Below, one piece after another: positions 34,815-49,600 of a DNA stretch of 64,000 bases. The stretch covers positions 95,356,001 through 95,420,000 of the forward strand of contig OZ024742.1 of assembly GCA_964016885.1 (NCBI GenBank), in the 5' to 3' direction. The translations under genes were made by a program, and so were the position numbers. The stretch's first letter is position 1. The number at the start of each line of letters is the position of its first letter. The stretch is from Eledone cirrhosa. Its lineage: Eukaryota. The notes beneath the pieces were generated by a model. The model made no database searches and was not told the DNA's origin. It saw only the letters and a program-made list of their open reading frames with translations.

Positions 34815-36352
34815 TCCCACTGCAAAGTGGTCATGGAGGTGCCACGGCAAAAAAGCACCCAGCCCACACTGTAAAGTGGACGTGTAGGTGCCACGGAAAA
34901 AAACACCCAGCACTCACTGTAAATGAGGTTGTGTTAGGAAAGGTATCCAGCTGTAGAAATCTAGCCAGTGTGTCTGTCTGTGTGTGTGTATTTATGAAAG
35001 TGACCAAAAGAGGTATAGTGCAGCTAATTAGGGAAAGAGTCAAAATAGATGGCATGCAGTTTGGTTTCATGCCTGGAAAAAGTACTACAGACGCACTCTT
35101 CTCAGTGAGGCAACTACAAGAGAAGTTCCTAGCCCAAAATAAGCCACTATATTTAGCTTTTGTTTATATAGCGAAGGCCTTTCATCTTTTATCTAATGGT
35201 TCTTAAGGAAATTAGTTGTAGAAGAATGGCTTGTCAGAGCAGTGCAAGCTAGGCACAAAGGAGTGGACAGTAAAGTGAGAGTAGGAAATGAGTTTAGTGA
35301 GGAATTCAAGGTACAGGTAGGAATGCATCAAGGTTTAGTTCTTAGCCCACTGCTGTCCATCATATTTCTTCAGATCATAGAAGAGCAGTTTAAAACAGGC
35401 TGCTCACTGGAGCTGCTCTATGCAGATGCTTTGGCCTTTAGAACTGAAACCAAAAAAGAGCTAGAAAATAAATTCAGATTATGGAAACTGAATTTGGAAT
35501 CAAAAGACTTCAAAGTAAACTTAACCAAAACTAAAGTGCTAGTAAGTAGGAGTAATGGCCATGCTCAATATCCAGAGAAGGAGTAGGCATAAACTCCATA
35601 CAATGTACACAATGAAAATCTTTGGTACACAAATGATGTAGTGGGGAAGCGAATAGACTAATAGGAAGGAAGAACTTTGCTTGTAGAAGATGCTCAGAAG
35701 AAATCGAGAGGAAGACTGCTAATAATATAGACCTTTTTCAGTCACAGGAAGGATACATAGATGTGGTTGATAGCAGCAGAGAAGGGTGTGCCGAGAGGAA
35801 AATAACTAGAATAAGGATAGGGTTGAAGAATTTTAGAGAAATGCTCCTACAGCTGACAACAAAAGATTTCTCTCTACATACAAATGAGAGGCTGTATGAA
35901 ACTTGTGTATAGTGTGCAATGTTGTATGGTAGTGAAACTTCAGCTGTTATTGCAGAAGACATGCATAGACTGCAGAGATAGGAAGCAACCATGTTGTGTT
36001 GGATGTGCAATGAAAATGTGTGAGAAAGGTAGATCTTGGATGAGCTGAGAGAGAAGCTGGGTTTAAGGGAAATCTGAGATGGTGTGCAGGAGAGAGGATT
36101 GCATTGGTATGGACATGTAATGCACGTGGGCAATGACCACTGGGTGAAGGAATGCCAGGAAATCCCAATGGAAGGAAGCCGCAATAGAGGATGACCAAGA
36201 CCTGGGCAGAGGTTGTGAAAGAAGACCTCAAATCGCTAAGATTAGAGAAGGAGATGATGAAGGAATGTGACAAGTAGAGAGATGCTGTGCTGAGAAGTAC
36301 GTATCCAACCCATGCAAGCATGGAAAAGCAGACGTAAAAATGATGATGACTA
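34815..36352 (+). pseudogene. Decayed, internally deleted RTE (5'UTR-type motif, RT, 3' tail)
   Basis: GTGTTAGGAAAGGTATCC, then MQFGFMPGKSTTDALF, HQGLVLSP, LLYADAL, ending CCCATGCAAGCATGGAAAAGCAGACGTAAAAATGATGATG. Confidence 0.88.
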
Positions 36353-36589
36353 TATGATGTTGATATATATATATATAAATGTTAAAATTATCATGACATA
36401 TATATGTAATGTATGATGAATATGTTTCTCAACAGAAAAGTTCAATGGATATTTGTTCTAGGCATCAATAATTCAAATTAAAGAATATATGTCTATAGCC
36501 ATATATCATTAGAGAAACATATAATATTTTCTATATGTATATAAAATCATATAATATTTAGGAAACTGTATATATTTTAAGATGGAAAA

Positions 36590-37973
36590 TGACTTTTCTT
36601 ATGGCTTCCATTACGAACAAGGTAGTCACTTTCACACAGAAATGAGCCAAGAAGCTCTCCCTAAAAGGTTAGGCAGAGGTGGCGAATGCATACATCATGT
36701 CAATCTTAAAATATATCCAGACAGTCCTGCCTTGACCCATTTGTGCATCGCTAAATTGTACAGCTCCTCTTCAACTTCTTATGGAGGGGACACGTTCCAT
36801 TGGTGAGGCAGTCAATCTACTGCTAGCACCCTCTATACAGAGGGCTGGGCATGCCCTGGTTAATGATAAGAAAAAATGCACTGAGGTTGTGGCATTTCCA
36901 GATATTCTGCCTAAACAGTGAATAGAAGTGATCACTGTTTGTGTAACAGATCCTTCTACAGCTCATCTCTTTCATTGAGTTGCAGTCCTAGGTCAAGAAG
37001 AGAACATGACTGGGTGATGGCACCTGGAATGTTGCCAGGTGCTCAATGCTCTCTACCAAGTGGGCAATGCGGTCAGTGGAACTTCCACTCTTGAATTCAA
37101 TAGAGGATTAGTGGTGGACAATTGCAATGATGCACTCAAAGGGGCTCAGAGCATTGATGAAGTCAAACTGACCAGTTTGTTCCAGAGGACTTTCAAGCCA
37201 AGGACTATGGACAATTCCCAGATATCCCTCACTTGGCAGTGTTACTGGGGCACTGGTGGCTAGAGGCAAACTCTACAGGTATGGAAGTGCTGTCAGACAG
37301 ACCTACCCGAGATAAGCGCAGAGGAATGAAACCGTTCTGCACACACTTGTCCAGGGTCTATGAATTACTGACTTGTTGAGTTATGTCGCAAAGCTGTTGT
37401 TGCATGTAGGATGGATCTAGCTATCATCTGTGTCCATAGTGAAGATCATCCCATTCTTTTGGCCAGGAAGGGCAAACAGTTTTTCTCTGTCTGGTGGTGG
37501 TAGCAAAAGCAGTTTTGTGGTGGACCAGGTTGAAAGGACTGAAGACAGACACTTTTCTCTTTGGCTAATCGCTCATCAACTGTTTCAAGTTTCACATGGA
37601 AAGGAAGGTGGAGCTGGTGAGAGAAGTGCTGCCACGCCCCTCTCCCAATACATTTGCTGAAAGGTGGGTGAATGTGGTGAGAATGGCCTGTGTGAATGGG
37701 CTTACTCCGAGCATGAACCTGTAGACTGGTTGATTTGAGAAGGAGAGGGGGTGCCCTTCCTGGGTACCCTCAACATGTCAGGTGGTCTAGGATTGGTGGG
37801 CTACTTTCGTGGTCCCCCCCCCCCACATCTTGGGGAATTTCTATTTTTGTAATTTTTGTTAATTGATTTTGTTAATTTGATTTTACTTGTAAACCCCCTC
37901 TGTCCATATGTTTTTCTGTTGTCCCCTATATGTAGGCCATAGTTAACAATAAAGAAATCATCATCATCATCGT
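36590..37973 (+). pseudogene. 5'-truncated L1/Tx1-clade LINE relic (post-RT region, Zn knuckle, 3'UTR)
   Basis: LFNFLWRGHVPLVRQS...PLYRGLGMPW, LTWQCY, NETVLHTLVQ, FAERWVNVVRMAC...NL-stop, T-rich UTR, AATAAA and (ATC)n tail. Confidence 0.7.
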
Positions 37974-38715
37974 CGTTTAACGTCCATCTTCCATGCTAGC
38001 ATTATTATTATTATAGGCTGGTGGAGGTGGATTGGCAATATCGGTAGAGCATCGGACACCATGCTTCATGGCTTAAAGTTACAGCCCTTTACATTCTGAT
38101 ATCAAATCGAGCTGAAGTTAGCTTTCCCTTTCATCCTCATGGAGTTGATAATATAAAGTAACAATGACTCACATAGGTCGATTTATTCGACTTTTCCTTG
38201 CCCCAAAATTGTTGGCCTTGTACTTAATCAGAAAACCATAGTATTATTATCGTTATATTACCATCATCATCCTCATCATGTTGGAGGATTGACAGAACCA
38301 TTAGAGAATCAGAAAAAACAAAACAACTTGTGATAGTTGTTCTGTTTTTTATGTTCTGAATTCAAATCCAAACTATATCAAGTTTGCCTTTCATCTTTCC
38401 ATGATCGATAAAAGGAAGAATCATTTAAGCACTGAAAACACTTTAATCTATTACCCCCTTTGCTGGTTGCCTGACTTTGTGTCTGTGTTAGAAAAAATTT
38501 TTTATCATCATTAATAAGGCAGTGGAGGACAGAATGGGTAGACATCAACATAAAAGAACTTTCACTCTTTTGAGTTCAAACCTTTCCAGGGTCAACTGTA
38601 CTTTTCACCCTCCAGATTTAATGAAACAAGTAACAGTCAAGGACTAGAGTCAGTTTCATTAATTATACTCATGACTATCATCAAATTGTGGCCTTGTGCC
38701 ATAGGAACAGCAACA

Positions 38716-38749
38716 GTACTACTACTACTACTACTACTAGTAGTAGTAT

Positions 38750-38782
<33 letters not shown>

Positions 38783-38795
38783 AGGTGGTGGTGGT
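38716..38795. repeat. (ACT)n-(AGT)n palindromic microsatellite
   Basis: CTACTACTAGTAGTAG with the centre CTAG at 38737-38740. Confidence 0.9.
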
Positions 38796-39162
38796 CGTCC
38801 TTGTTTTTGTAGTGGAGGGGGAGGATCGATTTCCTTACTATTGGCAGGTAATTAAAGTTAGACTAATCAGCTGTGAAGACATCTAGCAATAAACCTAAAT
38901 AAGTGAAGATAATTATATTTCCCACACTTACCTTTCTCCTTCTCCCACACACACTCTCTCTATATATCTGCCTGTCTGTTTGTCAGCCTCTCTGTTTGTC
39001 TGCCTCTCTGTTTGTCTCTCATTACCAGTCTCTCCCCCTATATCTCTCTCTCACTCATCAGATTTCAACATTTCTTTCTAAACGTTATAGATGTTTAATA
39101 AGTATTTTTTTATCTGTTTAATTATATTAGGTTGTTTTTTTATATTTTCGATTAATATTTAC

Positions 39163-39875
<713 letters not shown>

Positions 39876-40149
39876 CACCATCTAGAAACGATCGTAAAGC
39901 AGTGAAGTATATCTCTAATGACTTGAGTTTTTATTTCATAGTTTTAACTTATATATATTTATATGTGTATATATATATATGTTTGTGTATGTATATATAT
40001 ATAATCAAAGGAAACAAAAAAACAATAATTATTACTGTCATCATTCAATCACATTTATAGCAATTGATTTAGCATTTCCTGGCTAATGTAATAATTTTTG
40101 GAAAACTTGGAAATTTTGTTATAAATCCTTACAATGAATCTAATCAATC

Positions 40150-40918
40150 ATCCACCATTACTATGAACACAGCAGCACATGCCATCACCATTACTACCAT
40201 CACCACCACCTCCATCACCACCATCACTGACAGACATTAAACACCACTACTTTTGCCAACACATCCCCAAATCACACACAACTACCATAACCAATAAAAA
40301 CAACATGTCACACCCCACCACCACCACCACTAAATCACAATGCCATATCACCAAGGCACACCATCACCATACACCACCACCACCACCACCACCACCACAC
40401 CAATATCAATATGCTACACCATTACCACACCACACCACCACCATCACCATGTCACACCACCACCCACCATCATACCACACCACCACACTACTACCATGCT
40501 ACACCACCACCATCACCATGTCACACCACTAGCATGGCCACCACCACCACCACTCCCGCCACACCACTACCATGCCCACCACCACCACCACCACCATACC
40601 TCACCACCACACCACAACCACATCATCAAACCACTACCATGCCACCACCACCACCATACCACCACTACCACCACCCACCACCATACCACCACACCACCAC
40701 ACCATCATAACACTACCATGCCACCACCACCACTACCATGCCCACCACCACACCACCACCACCATACCCCCTTCCTAACACCACCACCACCACACCACCA
40801 CCATACTACCTTCCCACCACCATACCACCCCACCACAATACCACCACCACCACCACCACCACCACCGCACCACCCTACCACCACACCACCACACCACCAC
40901 CACCGCCACCACCACTCT
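40150..40918. repeat. (CAC)n-rich degenerate low-complexity tract
   Basis: Direct reading. Confidence 0.9.
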
Positions 40919-41112
40919 TCATAATCATATTTCATTTCTTATGGCATATTTTCAAATTTAATTATTATAAAATATTCTTTTTCAGTTTACCTTAAAATAT
41001 ATCTTTGACAAAATATGATACAAGTTATTTCCCAGAATTTAATATCTATATGTACCCCCTCCCTTACCACATTCTATTTACTCTTGCCACCATCTATTAG
41101 TAATCAGGAGAA

Positions 41113-44100
41113 ATTGTTGTTATTGTTGATTTTATTGTAGTTGTTATTGCTCATATTGTTGTTGTTATTATTGTTATTATCATTGCTGTGTTGTTATTGT
41201 TATTATCATTACTGTTGTTGTTATTGTTATTGTTATTATCATTGCTGTTGTTGTTATTGTTATTATCATTGCTGTTGTTGTTATTGTTATTGTTATTATC
41301 ATTGCTGTGTTGTTATTGTTATTATCATTGCTGTTGTTGTTATTGTTATTGTTATTATCATTACTGTTGTTGTTATTGTTATTGTTATTATCATTGCTGT
41401 TGTTGTTATTGTTATTGCTGTTGTTGTTATTGTTATTATCATTACTGTTGTTGTTATTGTTATTGCTGTAGTTGTTATTGTTATTATCGAGTATCGGTAG
41501 AGGGTCGGACGCCATGCTTTCCAGCATAGTTACGACCCTTTATGATCTGAGTTCAAATCCCGCCGAGGTTGACTTTGCCTTTCATCCTTACGGGGTCGAT
41601 AAAATAAAGTACCAGTAATGCACTGGGTGATTGCTGGCCTTGTGCCTAAAAGTAGAAACAATTATCATTACTGTTGTTGTTATTGTTATTATCATTGTTG
41701 TTGTTGTTATTGTTATTATCATTGCTGTTGTTGTTATTGTTATTGCTGTTGTTGTTATTGTTATTATCATTGCTGTTGTTGTTATTGTTATTATCATTGC
41801 TGTTGTTGTTATTGTTATTGCTGTTGTTGTTATTGTTATTATCATTGCTGTTGTTGTTATTGTTATTATCATTGCTGTTGTTGTTATTGTTATTGTCATT
41901 GCTGTTGTTGTTATTGTTATGGCTGTTGTTGTTATTGTTATTATCATTGCTGTTGTTGTTATTGTTATTATCATTACTGTAGTTGTTATTGTTATTATCA
42001 TTGCTGTTGTTGTTATTGTTATTATCATTGCTGTTGTTGTTATTGTTATTACTGTTGTTGTTATTGTTATTATCATTACTGTAGTTGTTATTGTTATTAT
42101 CATTGCTGTTGTTGTTATTGTTATTGCTGTTGTTGTTATTGTTATTATCATTACTGTTGTTGTTATTGTTATTATCATTACTGTAGTTGTTATTGTTATT
42201 ATCATTACTGTAGTTGTTATTGTTATTATCATTGCTGTTGTTGTTATTGTTATTGCTGTTGTTGTTATTGTTATTATCATTACTGTAGTTGTTATTGTTA
42301 TTATCATTACTGTAGTTGTTATTGTTATTATCATTACTGTAGTTGTTATTGTTATTATCATTGCTGTTGTTGTTATTGTTATTATCATTACTGTTGTTGT
42401 TATTGTTATTATCATTACTGTAGTTGTTATTGTTATTATCATTGCTGTTGTTGTTATTGTTATTATCATTAATATTGTTGTTATTGTTATTATCATTGCT
42501 GTTTTTGTTATTGTTATTATCATTGCTGTTGTTGTTATTGTTATTATCATTACTGTAGTTGTTATTGTTATTATCATTGCTGTTGTTGTTATTGTTATTA
42601 TCATTACTGTTGTTGTTATTGTTATTATCATTGCTGTTGTTGTTATTGTTATTATCATTACTGTAGTTGTTATTGTTATTATCATTGCTGTTGTTGTTAT
42701 TGTTATTGTCATTGCTGTTGTTGTTATTGTTATTGCTGTTGTTATTGTTATTATCATTGCTGTTGTTGTTATTGTTATTATCATTGCTGTTGTTGTTATT
42801 GTTATTATCATTACTGTTGTTGTTATTGTTATTATCATTGCTGTTGTTATTGTTATTATCATTGCTGTTGTTGTTATTGTTATTATCATTACTGTTGTTG
42901 TTATTGTTATTATCATTACTGTTGTTGTTATTGTTATTGCTGTTGTTGTTATTGTTATTATCATTGCTGTTGTTGTTGTTGTTATTATCATTACTGTTGT
43001 TGTTATTGTTATTATCATTGCTGTTGTTGTTGTTGTTATTATCATTACTGTTGTTGTTATTGTTATTATCATTACTGTTGTTGTTATTGTTATTATCATT
43101 ACTGTTGTTGTTATTGTTATTGCTGTTGTTGTTATTGTTATTATCATTGCTGTTGTTGTTGTTGTTATTATCATTACTGTTGTTGTTATTGTTATTATCA
43201 TTGCTGTTGTTGTTGTTGTTATTATCATTACTGTTGTTGTTATTGTTATTATCATTGCTGTTGTTGTTATTGTTATTATCATTGCTGTTGTTGTTATTGT
43301 TATTGTCATTACTGTAGTTGTTATTGTTATTATCATTGCTGTTGTTGTTATTGTTATTATCATTGATGTTGTTGTTATTGTTATTGTCATTACTGTAGTT
43401 GTTATTGTTATTATCATTGCTGTTGTTGTTGTTGTTATTATCATTACTGTTGTTGTTATTGTTATTATCATTACTGTTGTTGTTATTGTTATTATCATTG
43501 CTGTTGTTGTTGTTGTTATTATCATTACTGTTGTTGTTATTGTTATTATCATTACTGTAGTTGTTATTGTTATTGCTGTTGTTGTTATTGTTATTATCAT
43601 TGCTGTTGTTGTTATTGTTATTATCATTGCTGTTGTTGTTATTGTTATTATCATTAATGTTGTTGTTATTGTTATTGTCATTGCTGTTGTTGTTATTGTT
43701 ATTATCATTGCTGTTGTTGTTATTGTTATTGTCATTGCTGTTGTTGTTATTGTTATTATCATTGCTGTTGTTGTTATTGTTATTGTCATTACTGTAGTTG
43801 TTATTGTTATTATCATTGCTGTTGTTGTTATTGTTATTATCATTGCTGTTGTTGTTATTGTTATTATCATTACTGTTGTTGTTATTGTTATTATCATTAC
43901 TGTTGTTGTTATTGTTATTATCATTACTGTTGTTGTTATTGTTATTGCTGTTGTTGTTATTGTTATTATCATTGCTGTTGTTGTTGTTGTTATTATCATT
44001 ACTGTTGTTGTTATTGTTATTATCATTGCTGTTGTTGTTGTTATTATCATTACTGTTGTTGTTATTGTTATTGTCATTACTGTTGTTGTTATTGTTATTA

Positions 44101-46870
44101 TCATTGCTGTTGTTGTTATTGTTATTGTCATTACTGTAGTTGTTATTGTTATTATCATTACTGTTGTTGTTATTGTTATTGTCATTACTGTAGTTGTTAT
44201 TGTTATTATCATTACTGTTGTTGTTATTGTTATTATCATTGCTGTTGTTGTTATTGTTATTGTCATTACTGTAGTTGTTATTGTTATTATCATTACTGTT
44301 GTTGTTATTGTTATTGTCATTACTGTAGTTGTTATTGTTATTATCATTACTGTTGTTGTTATTGTTATTATCATTGCTGTTGTTGTTATTGTTATTATCA
44401 TTGCTGTTGTTGTTATTGTTATTATCATTGTTGTTGTTGTTATTGTTATTATCATTGTTGTTGTTGTTATTGTTATTATCATTACTGTTGTTGTTATTGT
44501 TATTATCATTGCTGTAGTTGTTATTGTTATTATCATTGCTGTTGTTGTTATTGTTATTATCATTGCTGTTGTTGTTATTGTTATTATCATTACTGTTGTT
44601 GTTATTGTTATTATCATTGCTGTTGTTGTTATTGTTATTATCATTGCTGTTGTTGTTATTGTTATTATCATTACTGTTGTTGTTATTGTTATTATCATTG
44701 CTGTTGTTGTTATTGTTATTATCATTGCTGTTGTTGTTATTGTTATTATCATTACTGTTGTTGTTATTGTTATTATCATTGCTGTTGTTGTTATTGTTAT
44801 TATCATTGCTGTTGTTGTTATTGTTATTATCATTACTGTTGTTGTTATTGTTATTATCATTGCTGTTGTTGTTATTGTTATTATCATTGCTGTTGTTGTT
44901 ATTGTCATTATCATTACTGTTGTTGTTATTGTTATTATCATTACTGTAGTTGTTATTGTTATTGTTGTTGTTGTTATTGTTATTGTTGTTGTTGTTATTG
45001 TTATTATCATTGATGTTGTTGTTATTGTTATTGTCATTACTGTAGTCGTTATTGTTATAATCATTGCTGTTGTTGTTATTGTTATTGTTGTTATTGTTAT
45101 TGTTATTATCATTATTGTTGTTGTTATTGTTATTATCATTGCTGTTGTTGTTATTGTTATTATCATTGCTGTTGTTGTTATTGTTATTATCATTGCTGTT
45201 GTTGTTATTGTTATTATCATTGCTGTTGTTGTTATTGTTATTATCATTGCTGTTGTTGTTATTGTTATTGTCATTGCTGTTGTTGTTATTGTTATTATCA
45301 TTACTGTAGTTGTTATTGTTATTGTTGTTGTTGTTATTGTTATTGTTGTTGTTGTTATTGTTATTATCATTGATGTTGTTGTTATTGTTATTGTCATTAC
45401 TGTAGTCGTTATTGTTATAATCATTGCTGTTGTTGTTATTGTTATTGTTGTTATTGTTATTGTTATTATCATTACTGTTGTTGTTATTGTTATTGTCATT
45501 ACTGTTGTTGTTATTGTTATTATCATTACTGTTGTTGTTATTGTTATTATCATTGATGTTGTTGTTATTGTTATTATCATTGCTGTTGTTGTTATTGTTA
45601 TTATCATTGCTGTTGTTGTTATTGTTATTGTTGTTATTGTTATTGTTATTATCATTACTGTTGTTGTTATTGTTATTGTCATTACTGTTGTTGTTATTGT
45701 TATTATCATTACTGTTGTTGTTATTGTTATTGCTGTTGTTGTTATTGTTATTATCATTACTGTTGTTGTTATTGTTATCATCATTACTGTTGTTGTTATT
45801 GTTATTATCATTACTGTTGTTGTTATTGTTATTGCTGTTGTTGTTATTGTTATTATCATTGCTGTTGTTGTTATTGTTATTGCTGTTGTTGTTATTGTTA
45901 TTATCATTACTGTTGTTGTCATTGTTATTATCATTGCTGTTGTTGTTATTGTTATTGCTGTTGTTGTTATTGTTATTATCATTACTGTAGTTGTTATTGT
46001 TATTGTTGTTGTTGTTATTGTTATTATCATTACTGTTGTTGTTATTGTTATTGTCATTACTGTAGTTGTTATTGTTATTATCATTGCTGTTGTTGTTATT
46101 GTTATTGTTGTTATTGTTATTGTTATTATCATTACTGTTGTTGTTATTGTTATTGTCATTACTGTTGTTGTTATTGTTATTATCATTACTGTTGTTGTTA
46201 TTGTTATCATCATTACTGTTGTTGTTATTGTTATTATCATTACTGTTGTTGTTATTGTTATTGTCATTACTGTTGTTGTTATTGTTATTGTCATTACTGT
46301 TGTTGTTATTGTTATTGTCATTACTGTTGTTGTTATTGTTATTGTCATTGCTGTTGTTGTTATTGTTATTGTCATTGCTGTTGTTGTTATTGTTATTGTC
46401 ATTACTGTTGTTGTTATTGTTATTGTCATTCCTGTTGTTGTTATTGTTATTGTCATTACTGTTGTTGTTATTGTTATTATCATTACTGTTGTTGTTATTG
46501 TTATTATCATTACTGTTGTTGTTATTGTTATTGTCATTACTGTTGTTGTTATTGTTATTATCATTACTGTTGTTGTTATTGTTATTATCATTGCTGTTGT
46601 TGTTATTGTTATTGTCATTACTGTTGTTGTTATTGTTATTATCATTCCTGTTGTTGTTATTGTTATTGTCATTACTGTTGTTGTTATTGTTATTATCATT
46701 ACTGTTGTTGTTATTGTTATTATCATTGCTGTTGTTTTTATTGTTATTGTCATTACTGTAGTTGTTATTGTTATTGTCATTGCTGTTGTTGTTATTGTTA
46801 TTGTTGTTGTTGTTATTGTTATTAGCATTACTGTTGTTGTTATTGCTGTTGTTGTTATTTTTATTATACT
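41113..46870. repeat. ~5.7-kb tandem array of a 27-bp unit ATTGTTATTATCATT(G/A)CTGTTGTTGTT with 18/21/24-bp variants
   Basis: Direct reading; interrupted once by a SINE at 41489-41664. Confidence 0.97.
41489..41664 (+). mobile_element. SINE family B copy inside the 27-bp array
   Basis: GAGTTCAAATCCCGCCGAGG...GGGGTCGATAAAATAAAGTACCAG...GTAGAAACAATT. Confidence 0.9.
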
Positions 46871-46936
46871 GTAGTTATTATTCTAATATTTTTGTTATAA
46901 AACTGTTTTTATTGTTATTCTTGTACTTGTTATTGC

Positions 46937-47120
46937 TAATAATTGTTTCTACTTTTGGCACAAGGTCAGCAAATACCCAGTGCATTACTGGTACTTTATT
47001 TTATCGACCCCATAAGGATGAAAGGCAATTGAACCTTGGCGGGATTTGAACTCAGAATGGCAAGGGCCGTAACTCTATGTATCAAATCATGGCATCAGAC
47101 CCTCTCCCGATACTGCCAAT
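46937..47120 (-). mobile_element. SINE family B copy
   Basis: Reverse complement of 19493-19680. Confidence 0.9.
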
Positions 47121-47724
47121 ATTGCTAATAATGTTGTTTTACACTGTTTTTGTTGCTGTTGTTGGTAACAATGTTGCTGTTGTTGCTCTCATGGTTGCTG
47201 TACATGATACTTTAACTATTGTCGTTGTTGTTATTGTAGTTGTTGTAGCTAACTTTAGTTATTGTTTCTAATAATGTTGTTTTAAACTGTTTTTGTTGCT
47301 GTTGTTGCTGTAGTTATTCTCATTGGTGTTGTACTTGCTACTTTAGATATTGTCATTATTGTTATTGTAGTTGTCATAGCTAACTTTGTTATACTTGTTG
47401 TTGTTTTAGTAGATTTATATTTATTTGATTTTTGTGATGAATTTTGGTTGACTTTAGCTAATTTTTACCAAACAATAATTTATTTTTTTTCAATTTCCGG
47501 ACGGAAATACAAATTGAGTTCGAAAATCATTCACTAAAGGTAGACATATTTAGAATTAAGGGAAAAGGGAGAGGAAATGAAATTAAAAGAATTAAATAAA
47601 TATATTTAAATTACTAAGAAAAAAATTAAAATCAATAGTAAATGATACAATCTCTCTAATTTCTAATTCTCTGAAATCTTAATGTTGAAGAAAATGATAA
47701 AGTATTTACTGATGATAATGGTAG

Positions 47725-48060
47725 ACACCATCATCATTATCATCAACATCATCATCAACAACAACAACATTATAGACATCATGATCAATTTCATTAGCAG
47801 CAGCAGCATTATCAAAATCGTCCTCAACACCATTATCATCACCATCAACATAATCATCATCATCATTATCAACAAAATTACCAACGTTATCATCTTTATC
47901 ATTATAAACATCATCATCATCATCATCAACATTATCAACATCAACATCGTCACCAACACCATCATTGTCATCATCATCATCACTATCCTCCACATCACAT
48001 AATCATCATCATAATATCAGTAATAATCCTATTACTACCCCTCATACTACTACTACTAAT
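47725..48060. repeat. (CAT)/(CAA)-rich degenerate trinucleotide tract
   Basis: Direct reading. Confidence 0.85.
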
Positions 48061-48089
48061 TATAATTTCTAACACAAACAATTCTCTTT

Positions 48090-49600
48090 CGTCTTCACCC
48101 TTTTATTCCTGGAAGGGTCATGGTGGCAGCGCCCTTAAGCATATCTTCCCACAGGCACTGTGAGAAGCAAATATTTCCAATGAATCCAATTGAATCCTCA
48201 AGCAAGACCAGCTGAGCACATGGATGCTATCCAACCATCTTGCTTGTGGTCTACCCCTGGGTTGCCTGCTGGTTGGTTTCGCCCATGAAATCTGTCCAGA
48301 GATTCTTTCCTGAGGCACTTTAACCACATGTCCATAATATCAGAGCTGTGATATTTCAAATTGGAGAAGTAGCAATTCTACCTGGAGTGACTCTCTCATC
48401 TCCAAGTTATGCACTCTATCAAGTAACATTACTATAAAGACCCTTCAGAGTAACTCTGTTTCAACTGTTTGTGTTTGCGATTGCATGTTTTTGGTCATTA
48501 CCTAAGATTCATCACCATAGGTAAGGTTTGGCACAAACATTGAAATGAAGATAATGAGCTTCGTTTTTAAACATGCATCTCTTCTGAGAACTGAATGTTG
48601 AAGCTTATGCATTACTGCAACAGCTGCTGCAATTCTTGCACTAAATCCAGCCTTCTGGCTTCCATCACTCATGAACATTGGCCCGAGATACTTGAACTTC
48701 TCTACCTGCATCAGTAGAAGTCTACTCACATGTGAGTATCTCTGTCTTTCCAGTACTGATTTTCATATCTGTCATGCAGCTCTCAGTAGCAAACTTATCA
48801 AATGCATGTTGGAAATCACCTTCTTATGAGTTAAATAGTACCAAGTCGTCTGCAAATTCCAGCCGACTGACTCTACACCTACTTGTCTCAATACCACTTC
48901 CAACTGGGCTGCACAGGTCAATCTTGTCCTTGAAGATTATGAATAATAGAGGTGATAGTATGACACCTACATTGAATGGCTTCAACTTAGCACCATTTAT
49001 CTGAACACAAATACTCAGGCATTCATATAGAAACTTCAGGGCAACAAGCAGTTGTTACATACTCTTGCAGAATCTTCCACAATAGGTCCTGTACAACATG
49101 GCCACATGGTCTACAAAACAAGAATAAACCTCAAAACACGAATACACTTCTTCACAATACTACTACGATTTCTCAAAGATGTACCGTTGAGCGAATATTA
49201 GTTCAGCTGTGCTGCATCCAGAACAAAAACCACACTGTTCATCAGCTAGCTTGGATTCGACAATATCCCTACAACTCTTATCTAGCCACAACATAAGACT
49301 TTACTGAGGTGGTTTAACAAGGAGATCCCTCTATAATTCGAGCAATCTCTCTCCTTTTTTAAGATTGGGATTATCACTCCTGGTTGTCATTGCTTAGGTG
49401 TCTTCCCAGAGGACTAGGTCACTCAGCACACATAAGTCAGCCAGAGAATACCTTCTTTCTTTGGGCCAAATTTCATCCTCCTTAGTGATTTTGCCACATT
49501 TGATCTTTTTAACTGCTCTTGTGACCTGTTTCTGAGAGGTTTGTAATCACACCCACATACATGTCAGGTACATCAGAAAATGTTGTTTTGACAGGGTTTA
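48090..49600 (-). pseudogene. Decayed RTE-clade LINE of a third family (RT to 3' end, no PHD insert evident)
   Basis: LNPV, AVKKIKCGK...DEI, YRGISLL, EQCGF, FADDL, EKFKYLG, VPNLTYGDES, RQPRGRPQARWLD. Confidence 0.85.

Noticed and set aside
40179-40995. His/Pro/Thr-rich ORFs resembling extensins or His-rich proteins
   Set aside because: All frames are read-outs of a degenerate (CAC)n tract with frequent frame-breaking indels.
41113-46870. CRISPR-like or telomeric array
   Set aside because: Units are contiguous with no unique spacers, there are no cas genes, the unit is not a telomere motif, and the context is eukaryotic.
41588-46874. 1746-aa and 1747-aa ORFs, plus poly-Leu and Cys/Tyr ORFs, as protein-coding genes
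   Set aside because: They are translations of a triplet-based satellite, one starts and the other ends in SINE sequence, and they have no domain content or gene structure.
47663-48002. Acidic Asp-rich or Met/Ile-rich ORFs
   Set aside because: Translation of a (CAT)/(CAA) low-complexity tract.
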